NCBI RefSeq assembly: GCF_018350175.1
Contig: NC_058368.1
Coordinates: forward strand, 165,170,001 to 165,234,000
Origin: Felis catus
Lineage: Eukaryota
Direction of reading: 5' to 3'
Length of the DNA stretch: 64,000 bases
The notes under the pieces are model-generated. The model was not told the DNA's origin and ran no database searches. It saw nothing but the letters and a program-made list of their open reading frames with translations. Below, one piece after another: positions 51,975 through 64,000 of the stretch. A program made the position numbers and the translations under genes. Positions within the stretch are counted from its first letter, which is position 1. Each line of letters starts with the position of its first letter.

Positions 51975-52355
51975 ATGTATTTCATATTTTTCATATATGC
52001 ATACATACATATATATAATTTGCCAAAGAAAAGGCAACTTGTTGACATTAACTTGTGTGCATCTGCATATATGAATATATATGTATACATATGTATATAA
52101 TCCATTATATTCATACATGCGGTATATATTCATACATGTAGTATATATGTATATACACAACTTGTGTGCATCTGCATGTATAAATATGTATACAATTTGT
52201 ATACATAACTTGTATGCTATATTTATACATACAGTGTATGCATACATGCAGTATACATATACATACACAACTTATGTGCATCTGCATGTATGAATATGCT
52301 TATATATGTATATATATGTATATATGTGTGTATATATATATATACATACACATAC
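51975..52355. repeat. Purine-pyrimidine alternating low-complexity tract with a ~110-bp higher-order repeat
   Basis: ctt(g/a)tgtgcatctgcat at 52052, 52161 and 52271. Confidence 0.85.
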
Positions 52356-53129
52356 GTTTAACATAGTGCAGTGTGTGACAAAAAATAATCAAAAGACATA
52401 TATTCTGGATACAACAATTCTGCCATGTCATGTTATTTCAGTTTGCTCACAAGAAAGTTACAGCAATGCATCTCACTCCATTAAGGGAGAATAGTAACAC
52501 AGCCCATTTCTTTCTTTTGTTTTTGTAAATTGAAGCATAGTTGACATACAATAAGTTTATATACATATATTATTTATATTGTTATATATTATATATAATA
52601 TATATTATGTGTAAAACATATATACATATATTAGAAAATGCTCACAACTGTAGCTACCATCTGTCACCATGCAAAGTTATTATAATATTAGTGATTACTG
52701 TACTTTATCTCTGTGATTTATTTTATAATTAAAAGTTTGTACCTCTTAATCCCCTTCACCTATTTTGTTCATCCCCTCACTCCCACTAGCAACCACCAGT
52801 TTGTTCTCTGCACTTATGAATCTGTTTCACTTGTTTTGTTGTTCATTCATTTTGTTTTCAAGATTCTGTATACAATTGAAATCATATGGCATTTGTCTTA
52901 CTCTGACTTACTTCATTTAGTATAATATCCTCTAGGTCCATCCATGTTGTTGCAAATGGAAAGATTCTTTTGTATGGCTAAGTAATATTTCACTGTGTAT
53001 ATATACTACATCTTCTTTTTCCATTCATCTCTTGATGGACAGTTATGTTGCTTCTATATCTTGGCTTCTTATAAGTAATGCTGAAATAAACAGACAGGTA
53101 CATATATCTTTTTGAATTAAGGTTTTCAT

Positions 53130-54550
53130 GGCACAAAAACAGACACATAGACCAATGGAATAGAATAGAAACCCCAGAACTAGACCCACAAACGTATGGC
53201 CAACTCATCTTTGACAAAGCAGGAAAGAACATCCAGTGGAAAAAAGACAGCCTCTTTAACAAATGGTGCTGGGAGAACTGGACAGCAACATGCAGAAGGT
53301 TGAAACTAGACCACTTTCTCACACCATTCACAAAAATAAACTCAAAATGGATAAAGGACCTAAATGTGAGACAGGAAACCATCAAAACCTTAGAGGAGAA
53401 AGCAGGAAAAGACCTCTCTGACCTCAGCCGTAGCAATCTCTTACTCGACACATCCCCAAAGGCAAGGGAATTAAAAGCAAAAGTGAATTACTGGGACCTT
53501 ATGAAGATCAAAAGCTTCTGCACAGCAAAGGAAACAACCAACAAAACTAAAAGACAACCAACGGAATGGGAAAAGATATTCACAAATGACATATCGGACA
53601 AAGGGCTAGTATCCAAAATCTATAAAGAGCTCACCAAACTCCACACCCGAAAAACAAATAACCCAGTGAAGAAATGGGCAGGAAACATGAATCGACACTT
53701 CTCTAAAGAAGACATCCGGATGGCCAACAGGCACATGAAAAGATGTTCAGCGTCGCTCCATATCAGGGAAATACAAATCAAAACCACACTCAGGTATCAC
53801 CTCACGCCAGTCAGAGTGGCCAAAATGAACAAATCAGGAGACTATAGATGCTGGAGAGGATGTGGGGAAACGGGAACCCTCTTGCACTGTTGGTGGGAAT
53901 GCAAATTGGTGCAGCCGCTCTGGAAAGCAGTGTGGAGGTTCCTCAGAAAATTAAAAATAGACCTACCCTATGACCCAGCAATAGCACTGCTGGGAATTTA
54001 TCCAAGAGATACAGGAGTACTGATGCCTAGGGCCACTTGTACCCCAATGTTCATAGCAGCACTCTCAACAATAGCCAAATTATGGAAAGAGCCTAAATGT
54101 CCATCAACTGATGAATGGATAAAGAAATTGTGGTTTATATACACAATGGAATATTACGTGGCAATGAGAAAAAATGAAATATGGCCTTTTGTAGCAACGT
54201 GGATGGAACTGGAGAGTGTGATGCTAAGTGAAATAAGCCATACAGAGAAAGACAGATAACATATGGTTTCACTCTTATGTGGATCCTGAGAAACTTAACA
54301 GGAACCCATGGGGGAGGGAAAGGAAAAAAAAAAACAGGTTAGAGTGGGAGAGAGCCAAAGCATAAGAGACTGTTAAAAACTGAGAACAAACTGAGGGTTG
54401 ATGGGGGGTGGGAGGGAGGAGAGGGTGGGTGATGGGTATTGAGGAGGGCACCTTTTGGGATGAGCACTGGGTGTTGTATGGAAACCAATTTGTCAATAAA
54501 TTTCATATAAAAAATAAATAAACATAAAAATAAAAATAAAAATAAAAAAA
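53130..54550 (+). mobile_element. Young feline LINE-1, 5'-truncated (1.4 kb), open ORF2 C-terminus
   Basis: Frame open from the 5' junction ([12 protein letters not shown]) to 54259; G-rich 3'UTR; A tail; 17-bp TSD tgaatt(a/g)aggttttcat at 53113-53129 and 54551-54567. Confidence 0.97.
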
Positions 54551-55635
54551 TGAATTGAGGTTTTCATTTTCTTCAGTAAATTTAGTAGAATTACTGGATT
54601 GTATGGTATTTCAATATTTAATTTTTTGAGGGCTCCCTTTTCTCCACATTCTCACCATATGATTTCTTTTTTTGTGTGTCTTTTTGAATCTAGCCATTCT
54701 GACAGGTGTGAGGTGATATCTCATTGTGGTTTTGATGTTCATTTCCCTGATGGTTAGTGATATTGAGAGCATGTTTTTATGCATCTGTTGGCTATCTGTT
54801 TACTTTCTTGGGAAAAATGTCTATTCACATCCTTTCAGATTTTAGAATTTGTTTTTGTTATTGGGACATATGAGTTCTTTATATATTTTACATTTCAACC
54901 CTTTATCAAATATATCATTTGCAAGTGTATTCTCCCTTCAGAGGTTGTTTTTTTTTTTAATTTTGTTGATGGTTTCCTTCACTATGCAAGAGGGGTTTAG
55001 TTTTATTTAGTCCCAATTTTCTTTAATTTTTGCTTTTGTTTGTTTTTCTTTGTGTGAATGATTTTATTATTTTTTTAATATATGAAATTTATTGTCATTT
55101 AATTTTTGCTTTTGTATCCCTTGTCTGAGGAGACAAATCCAACAAATATTGCTAAGCCTGATAACCAAGAGTTTACTGCCTATGTCTAGGAGTTTTATGG
55201 TTTTAGGTCTTACATTTAGATCTTTAATACATTTTGCATTTATTTGTATATATGGTGTAAAGAAAGTGGTCCAGTTTTATTCTTTTGGATGTAGCTGTCC
55301 AATTTTCTCAGCACCATTACTGAAGAAATTATCTTTTGCCCATTGTATATTCTTGTAGTAGTGGATTAATGGACCATATAAGCATTTGTTTATTTCTGGG
55401 CTCTCTATTCTGTTCTAGTAACTTATGTACATGTTTTTGTTTTAGGATCATATTGTTTTGATTACCATAGCTTTGTAGTATAGTTTGAAATCTGGGATTG
55501 CGAAACCTCCAGATTTGTTTTCTTGCTCAGGATTGTTTTAGCTATTCAGAGTTTTTTGTGGTTGCATGCAAATTTTAGGATTATTTGCTGTAGTTGTTTA
55601 AAAAATATTAGTATCTTGATAAAGAATGAATTGAT

Positions 55636-55852
55636 GGGGTGCCTGGGTGGCTCAGTCAGTTAAGCATCCAACATCAGTTCAGGTCATGATCTTGCAGTTT
55701 ATGAGTTCAAGACCCACATCGGGCTCTGTGCTGACAGCTCAGACTTGGAGCCTGCTTCGGAATCTGTGTCTCCCTCTCTTTCTGCCCCTCCCCACTTGTG
55801 CTCTGTCCCTCTTGCTCTCTCAAAAATAAATAAATGTTACAAAAATTTAAAA
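55636..55852 (+). mobile_element. CAN-SINE nested in L1
   Basis: Perfect 14-bp TSD aaagaatgaattga. Confidence 0.95.
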
Positions 55853-57568
55853 AAAGAATGAATTGAAACTATAGATTGCTTCAGGTAGTGTGGATATTTT
55901 TAAGAGCATTAATTCTCCAACCCATGAGCATGGATATCTTTACATTAATTTGTATTGTATTCAATTATTTTTTATCAGTGTCATATTTTTCAGAGTATAG
56001 ATCCTTCATATCCCTGGTTAATTTATTCCTAGGTATTTATTCTTTTTGATATAATTGTAGTGTTATTGTTTTCTAACTTCTTTCTGATAGCTTGTTATTA
56101 GTGTACAGAAAAACAAAACATTTCTGTTCATTAATTTTATATCCTGCAACTTTACTCAATTCACTTATTCTAAGAATTTTTTGGTGGGGTATTTAGGGTT
56201 TTCTAAATGTAATATCATGTCATCTGCAAACAGGGACATTTTACTAATTCTTTAATAATTTGATAGTTTTTATTCTTTTCTGCTGTGGCTAGAATTTTCA
56301 GTACTATGTTGAATAAGAGGCAAGAGTAGACATCCTTGTCTTGTTCCTGATGTTAGAAAAAAAAACTTGCATGTTTTTATGCAAGTAGGATGTTAGTTAT
56401 GTCATTTATGGACCATATTAAAGTATGTTCCCTCTATATCCCCTTTGTTTCAAGTTTTTCCATGAATGAATGCTAAATTTTGTCTAACATTGTTTATGCA
56501 TCTATTGAGATATTCATCATTTTTATCCTTCAGTTTCTTAATGTGGTGTATCATATCAACCTAACTTCATATATTAAACCATCCTTGAATCCCTGAAATA
56601 GATCACACTATTTTTGTGCTGAGTGATTCTTGTAATGGATTGTTGATTTCATTTTGCTGGTATTTTGTTGAGGATTTTTACATCTCTGTTCATCAGAAAT
56701 ATTGATCTGTCATTTTCTTTTTTTATATTGTCGTTGGTGTTGGTGTCAGGGTAATGCTGTCCTGATATAATAAATTGGGAAGTATTCCTTATTCTACAAC
56801 TTTTTGGAATAGTTTGAGAATCATAGGTATTATCTCCCATTTAAATGTTTGGTAGAATTCACCTGTGAAGTCATCTGATTCTGAAGTTTTATTTGTTGGA
56901 AGTTTTTGACAATTGATTCAATTTAATTAATTGTAATCAGTCTGTTAAAATTTTCTATTTCTTCCTGATTCAGTCTTGGAAGATTTATCCATTTTTTCCT
57001 AAGTCGTCCTATTTGTTGGAGTATAATTTTGTTGGTAGAGCAGAATTATACTCTGTATATGTATGGTGTTGGTTATAACTTCGGCTCTTTTATTTCTAAT
57101 TTTATTTATTTGAATCCTGTCTCCTTTTTCTTGATGAGTCTGGCAACAGTTTTTTTGGTTTTGTTTATCTTTTCAAAGAACAAACTTAGTTTTGTCCACA
57201 TTTTCTATTGTTTTGTTTTTGTTGTTGTTTTAGTCTCTGTTTCATTTATTTCTCCTCTGATCTTTATTATTTCCTTCTAGTTATTAACTTTGGGCTTTGT
57301 TTTAATCCTTTTGAAGTTCCTCTAAGTGTAAGGTTAGGTTGCTTATTTGAGATTTTTCTTGTTTCCTGAGGTTAGTTGAGTACTGGATGGCAATAAACTT
57401 CCCCGTTTGAACTGCTTTAACTACATCCCACCTATTTGAACTATTGTGTTTTCATTTTCATTTGTCTTACGGTAGTCTTTTGATTTTCTTTTTTATTTCT
57501 TGGTTGACCCATTGCTTGTTCAGTAGTAGTACATTATTTAACCTTCATGTGTTTATGAGGTTACTTTT

Positions 57569-57571
<3 letters not shown>

Positions 57572-57604
<33 letters not shown>
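57572..57604. repeat. (GT)n microsatellite
   Basis: Direct observation. Confidence 0.95.
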
Positions 57605-57605
<1 letters not shown>

Positions 57606-58044
57606 TTGGTTTCTAATTTTATACCATTTTGTCCTAAAAAGATGCATGATGTCATTTTTCTTAAATTACTGAACTTTGTGGCCTAACATGTGGTCTATCC
57701 TGGAGAATGTTCCATGTGCACTTGTAAAGAATGTATATTTTGCTTTGTTTAGATGTAATGTTTTTTATATACCTGTAAAGTCCATCATATCTAATGAATC
57801 AAAGCCACTGTTTCCTTACTGATTTTATATCTGGGTGATGTATACATTGATGTGAATGAGGTGTTCAGGTACCCTACTGTTATTGTGGTACTGCCGAAGT
57901 CTTTTATGTAAGTTGATATTTGCTTTATATATTTAGGTGCTTCTGTATTGAGTGCATGAGTTTTTACAGTTGTTGTATCTTCTTTTGATCCCTTTTTCAT
58001 TATGTAATGCCTTTCTTTGTCTCTTTTTACAGTCTTTGTTTTTA

Positions 58045-58228
58045 AATTTTTTTGATGTTTATTTATTTTTGAGAGAGAAAGACACAGATTGCAAGTGGGT
58101 GAGGGTCAGAGAGAGAGGGAGATACAGCATCTGAAGTAGGCACCAGGCTCTGAGCTGTCAGCATAGAGCCCGATGTGTGGCCTAAAGTCACAAACGGTGA
58201 GATCAGACCTGAGCCACCCAGATTCCCC
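58045..58228 (-). mobile_element. CAN-SINE with internal deletion
   Basis: TSD gtctttgtttt; the segment between the two ctgagc motifs of the head is missing. Confidence 0.9.
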
Positions 58229-58663
58229 ACCGTCTTTGTTTTAAACTCTATTTTGTCTGAATTAAGTGTTGCTATCCTATTTTTCCCCCTTTGCTTCCAT
58301 TTGCATGGGTTATCTTTTCCATCCCTTCATTCTAGGTCTGTATGTTTTTTTTAAGTCTGAATCTGGAATGAATCTCTTACAGGCAACATGTAGATGGGTG
58401 CTGCTTTCTTTATTGATTCAGTCATTATACAGCCTTTCATTGGAGCATTTGGTCCATTTAAATTTAAAGTAATTATTGACAAGTATGTATTGCCATTTTG
58501 TTGTTTTTGTAGTTCTGTTTCTTTCTTGTGGTTTTTTTTCCCCCCGCTTATGATTTGATGACCTTCTGTAGTGTTATTCTTGGATTCCATTCTTTTTTAT
58601 TTTTTGTGTATCTATTTTAGGTGTTTGGTTAGTTGTTACCATAAGGTTCCTATACAACACTAT

Positions 58664-58685
58664 ACACACACACACACACACACAC

Positions 58686-58720
<35 letters not shown>
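58664..58720. repeat. (CA)n microsatellite, interrupted
   Basis: Direct observation. Confidence 0.95.
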
Positions 58721-58722
<2 letters not shown>

Positions 58723-58995
58723 TGCAACACTATATATAGTATATATTTTTACTCCCTCCACATTTCATGTATTTGAACTCATATTGTATATCTCTTAGTT
58801 TTATATATCCTTAACTAATCTTTGTGGCATAATTGATTTTACTACCTTAATGTTTTGACCTTCATCTTAGCTTTGTCAGTGATTGATTTACCACTTTTAT
58901 CATGGTGTGCTTTCACTGGTAAAAATATTTTTTTCATAATTTTCTTAGTTATATTTGTAGCTTTTCCTTTATCACTTAAAAGACGTCCCTTTGAC

Positions 58996-59030
<35 letters not shown>

Positions 59031-59451
59031 TATGTGTATATATATGTATACATACATATATATTTAAGGCTAGTTTAGTGGTGATGAACTGCTTTAACTT
59101 TTGTTTGGGAAATTCTTTATCTATCCTTCAATTTTGAATAACTTTCCAGGTAAAGTATTCTTGATTATAGGTTTTTTTCCTTTCAGCACTTTGAATATAT
59201 CATACAACTCCCTTCTGGACTGCAACGTTTCCATGGAATAGTCATCTGATAGCCTTATGGGCTTTACTTTATATTCAAATAGTTGCTTTTCTCTTGCTAC
59301 CTTAAAGATACTATTTATAATTTTTTACATTTTAATTATTCTGTGTCTTATTATAGACCTTTTTTGGTTCACCTTTGGGGCTCTTTGGGATCCCTGGATT
59401 TGGATGTCTGTTTCCTTCCCCAGGTTAGGAGTTTTCAGCCATTATTTTTCT

Positions 59452-59670
59452 TTTCTTTTTTTTTAAATTTTTTAATGTTTATTTATTTTTGAGACAGAGG
59501 GAGCATGAGCAGAGGAAGGGAAGAGAGAGAGGGAGACCCAGAATCTGAAGCAGGCTCCAGGCTCTGAGCTGTTAGCACAGAGCGCGACATGGGGCTTGAA
59601 CTCAGGAACTGCAAGATCATGACCTGAGTAGAAGTTAGATGCTTAAATGACTGAGCCACCCAGGTGCCCC
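59452..59670 (-). mobile_element. CAN-SINE nested in L1
   Basis: SINE body; TSD ccattat(t/c)tt. Confidence 0.94.
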
Positions 59671-60014
59671 AAACCATTATCTTCTTCAAGTAAGTTTTCT
59701 ATCTTTTTCTCTTTTCTTCTGAAACCCTTATAATATGAATGTTATACCTAATGGTGCAGAGGTTTCTCTATATATCCTCATTTTATTAATTAATTAATTA
59801 ATTTATTTATTTATTTATGTTGCTGACCTTGATTTCCTCTAGTTTTCCTAATTTTCTATCCATTCTTCTATATCCTGTAATCTGCTGTTAATTCCCTTTT
59901 GTATTTTTCATTTAAGTTATTTTATTCTTCAGTTCTGAATGTTTCTTTTTTATATTTTCTCTTTTTTGAAGTTCTTACTGACCTTATCTACTCTGCTCTA
60001 AACTCTCGTAAAAA

Positions 60015-60250
60015 GGGGCACTTGGATGGTTCAGTTGATTAAGCATCTGACCTTGATTTCAGCTCTGGTCATGATCTCATGGTTCATGGGTTCAAGCCCT
60101 GCATTGGGCTCTGTGCTGACAGTGTGGAGCCTGCTTGGGATTTTCTCTCTCTCCCTCTCTCTCTGCACCGCCCCCCCCCCCCCTGCTCATACTCATTCTC
60201 TCTCACTCTCTCTCAAAAATAAATAAATAAACTTAAAAAAAATTTTTTAA
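60015..60250 (+). mobile_element. CAN-SINE nested in L1
   Basis: SINE body; degraded TSD aaactctcgtaaaa / aaagtctggtgaaa. Confidence 0.93.
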
Positions 60251-63200
60251 AAGTCTGGTGAAATCTTTATGCCATTACTTTCACTCTTTTTTTAGGTAGA
60301 TTGCATCTCTCTAATTTGTTTCTTTTTCTGAGATTTTGTCTTGTTCATTCATTTGGAACATATTTTTCTGTTCGCTAATTTTGTCTGGCTCTGTTTCTTT
60401 GTATTAGGTAGATCAGTTATATCCCCTGTTTTTGAAAGTAATGGCCTTACATAGAAGGCGTCTTGTCACACCTAGTAGAACAGTGCTTACTGGTCACCAG
60501 AACCAGGCACTCCAGGGGTGTCTCCTTCCATGGCTGCATATGCTTTCTTACTGTGACTGGGCCACATCTGCTGTGAGTACACTGGTGGGAAAGAGTGAGC
60601 CCCAGTCTGGCTGGCTGCAAACACCAGCCACAACTAAGGTGAGCACACTAGTGAAAGGGGCTACTCTTTGGCGTGGCTGACTATGAGGTCTGGCTGCAGC
60701 TGCTGCTGTCTTGTTCATGGGCGGTGCTAGCTCCTGGTGCAACTGTGACTATTGTAGGTGTGCTGTTGGTCAGGGCCTGCCCCGTTCCCTGGGGCTGGAG
60801 TTGATTTAGTGAAAATACGTGTCTTGACAAAGGCTACCCACTGGGTGTAAGGTGGTAAAAGCTGCTTTGTGAGGGTGCCTGCTAGGGTTGGCAGGGTGGT
60901 GGAGAAATTCTGTAGGGGAACATTTGGGCAGAGTAAGCAGTATTAGCAAGTAGATGAGAACATCAAAACTGGCCTCCTTCAGTGTCCAGACAGCTGGTTT
61001 GAAGGAGGGCAACCAAAAGTGGTGCTTACCAGCTCTAACATTTTCAGAAAAATTTCCTACAGATCTCCATGCCTCCAGCACATGGCCTAAAATTAGTGAA
61101 TAGATATAGCCCAGGCACTTTTTGAATGGCTGCTTTTGTCCTGGATCTCAGGGTGAGTGATTTTGTTCATGGGCTTGTTCAGAGCAGATTTTGTTTACTG
61201 CAACCCTCTGGCGCTCCTGGAGTTAAGCCCCACTGGTTTTTAAAACTTCTGGAATTAATTCCACTAATTTTCAAAGCCTGATATCCTGAGGACTCACTTT
61301 CCTCATGCAGATCCCCATGGTGAGGGGTGCCCAATGCAGGGCTTGAACCTCTCACTCCTCAAGGAGGACCTCAGTGCCTGTGATATCCCTCCTGCTGTGG
61401 TTTCCTGCACAGAGGGTTTGCTCCCCAACTGCAATCTCAGGACCTCCTACCTTTCTCAGTGTGGCCTTTTCTTTCTATCTTTAGCTGTGGAAGACTGCTC
61501 TGCTAATTTTGAGGTTGTTCTCTGAGTGTGTTGCACTATGTGTAGTTGCAGCCTTGGTGCATGTGTAGGATAAGGTGAGCTCAGGATCTTCCCTCTTGGC
61601 AGTCTTCCAAAAAATCCTTTACACCGTTTTTCCTTATCCCATTTTCAGCCAACCCTTGCATAGAAAGAGGTGACTGTTTTTAAATATAACAAATTTTTCA
61701 TTTTTTTCTAAATATTTTTATTGGCCTTCTTGGAGATTTTTAAAAAGCATTTTTGGTGAATGAGTTACTAAATGGTATGTTTACATAAGCAGTGTTAATT
61801 AGGTATTGAATTGAAACATGATACAGGATTGAGATGATGAAAAAAAGTCACCTGATTTTGGTGTTTCTTAGATTCTCAACTGTGTATTCCATCACTTCTT
61901 GATTTTAGAAATTTTTCTACATGCCACTTTTCTTTTTAATATCCTTTATGTTTCCATTTTCCCCATACATGATTACATTGAATTATTTTTTATTCTGTTC
62001 ATTTTGTACTCTCCTTTTTTCCATTTTTTTTTAAATATAAGTGATGGAACTATTTCACAAAATTCTCTGATTTGTTCTTTTGGTTAAAGATATCAGTAAC
62101 TATTGAAAAATATCAGAAAATAAGTCAAATAACTGATATACTTAATAATTTACCATTTTTAGGACTAAAGCGTACTAGTTGTTTCTACAGCCTTTCCCAT
62201 TGTGTCCTTCATACTCCTTGGGAATTTTCTTAACCCTGATGTTTGTTTCTTTGTTTGTTTGGTTTGGTTTGGTTTCCTTTTCGGTGGAAGAAAACAGCAG
62301 CCAGTAGATTCAACACAAGCACATATTGTTGATGTGAATATTTTCTCCGTTATACCCATGCATGGTGCTTTCTTTAAATCCATTATAATACATTTCCAAA
62401 ATTCTTACCTGTAATTTATTGTCTATGATTGTGTTATAAAATAAACTTAAACATTATTTGAGATGATTCATGAAGGTTGGCTTACTGTTAGAAAGTTTTA
62501 CACATCAGCCTAAGAGTAACATATCATAGTCTTAGAACGTCTTTGCTATCAGTGGCAAATAGATTTTGGAGCTTTTTTCAAGTGTTTTGACCTCTTCAAT
62601 CAAAGATTTATTATGTCAATAGTCCATCACCTCCATATGGCAGGAGTTCATGACATCAAGGATAAGATCTACTTTACGATATACATTTTTACCATTTCCT
62701 TGTCATGTTTGCTAAAGGAATCTTTTTTCTGCCCTTTATTGATTCCACTACATGTACCACCATTGAAATCCCACCACCAAAGAATTCGTATAAAATGTCA
62801 CTATTATATATCAATATAGACAAGTTTCTTTTTCCTTGAGAGATCAAATATGAGGCTTTCATGTATTTGAAAAAAAAAGTAAACACCATTGAATTAAATG
62901 AAGCATAGGGACATATAAAGTGAAGTTCATGATGTAGAAGGAAAATAAAAGTCCTCTATTAACGTCTGCAAAATCAGTGTAATTTTTGGAAGTGAAAACA
63001 CTTGTGTGCCTCATACATTCTATGCTGTGCTCCCATGCATCATGAATTATTTAAAATATTTAGAATATGCCTCATGCATTCTGCATGCCAAAGTTCAGAT
63101 AAATCTACTGTGATATGAACAGAAAAAAGCAGCTATATTTAACAAATAAATTTTTAAGTCTGCAGTGAAGACAAAATACACAATGTATACATAAGGAGAA

Positions 63201-63356
63201 TGATTTACATGTTTTAATCAACTAAAGTAGAATACTTCTAGTCCATACCTATACTCTTATTATTGCCTCCAAATTAAGAAAGCATCAACTGATCTTGTTT
63301 GTTTTTTCCTATTGTCTTTACTTTTTATTATATACCAGCTGATGTGGATCATCTGA

Positions 63357-63416
63357 TGATCTAGTCTGTAAGTAGAACTACTTCTGATCTAGTCTGTAAG
63401 TAGAACTACTTCTGAT
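63357..63416. repeat. Perfect 28-bp tandem duplication
   Basis: tgatctagtctgtaagtagaactacttc twice, plus a terminal tgat. Confidence 0.95.
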
Positions 63417-64000
63417 ATATAGATAAAGCATAGGGTAATGTTTTAGTTGGAGGTAATCCACAAACAAAACCTCCCTCCATTCAAACTATTAGACTCAACT
63501 TCATCACCTAAAGATAAACTCCACCCTACTAGCCCCATAGTGGGAATTAGTCCGGGTGAATTAAAAGCTCCACGTAGACAAATGTCCCTATATTCTAACC
63601 TTTTGAGTTCTTGATCCTCATATTATTCACATTCTGTGGCCATATATGAATATCTTAATCACTGTCAACTCTTCTAGTCTGATATCTTAAATTCAAACCT
63701 CTTATTACCTAAATTCAACTATGCATGTAGTTCTCACTCTTCATTTCCATTGTACTCTACTTACTAACCTCATTAAGAATCATTCATTCTCTGGGCCCTT
63801 AAACTTCTCCTAATATATCAATCAGCACCATATTTAAAAATCTAATCTGTGACTTTATTAACAGGTAAGTTCAAGTTTCTTAAATGTATTGTTATTTCTT
63901 ACACAGTTAGACTTTTTATTTTGTGTTTCCTTTGTGTACCATTTTGGTTTGTATTTCTTCCAGGTCTTACCTTCCTCTGTATGCATGAGGTTTTCTTTAT

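Larger units (their letters stand above)
52510..61608 (-). mobile_element. Near full-length older carnivore LINE-1 (3'UTR to 5'UTR) hosting several nested insertions
   Basis: 3'UTR at 52510-53129; ORF2 remnants (RSIFLMNRDVKILNKI; YLSIITLNLNGPNAPMK endonuclease start at ~58351-58590); ORF1 ~59060-60000; GC-richer 5'UTR 60430-61608. Confidence 0.88.

Noticed and set aside
52040..52300. CRISPR-like repeat-spacer array
   Set aside because: Mammalian context, low-complexity spacers and no cas genes.
53300..54259. 319-aa ORF as a host gene
   Set aside because: It is the L1 ORF2p C-terminus within a truncated, TSD-flanked insertion.
63865..63963. Short intron-like segment GTAAGT...ttcttccAG
   Set aside because: The upstream 'exon' looks like L2-derived sequence with no supported frame, and the window ends before it can be evaluated.

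Overview
Repeat-rich, AT-rich mammalian DNA, almost certainly felid (probably cat). The basis is about 19 tRNA-derived CAN-SINEs of the feline type and young feline L1 3' ends. I see no intact protein-coding gene, RNA gene, CpG island or CRISPR array, so the window looks intronic or intergenic. Recognisable content: a full-length RPL27 processed pseudogene (39303-39799, -); a 5'-truncated MRPL57/MRP63-like retrocopy inside an old L1 (about 29926-31160, +), missed by the ORF track; a large decayed Tigger2 transposase fragment plus a related Tigger2a MITE; several old and young L1s with nested insertions; MaLR/ERVL LTRs; and a solo LTR with a 6-bp target-site duplication (TSD). I found no convincing novel biological system. 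The notable signals are fossils of retrotransposition and DNA repair (a chimeric MLT1/MLT2 element, templated insertions, a micro-inversion, a fold-back junction, ultra-short insertions) and two unverified exon-like segments. Repeat subfamily names come from recalled consensus sequences and need RepeatMasker/Dfam confirmation.
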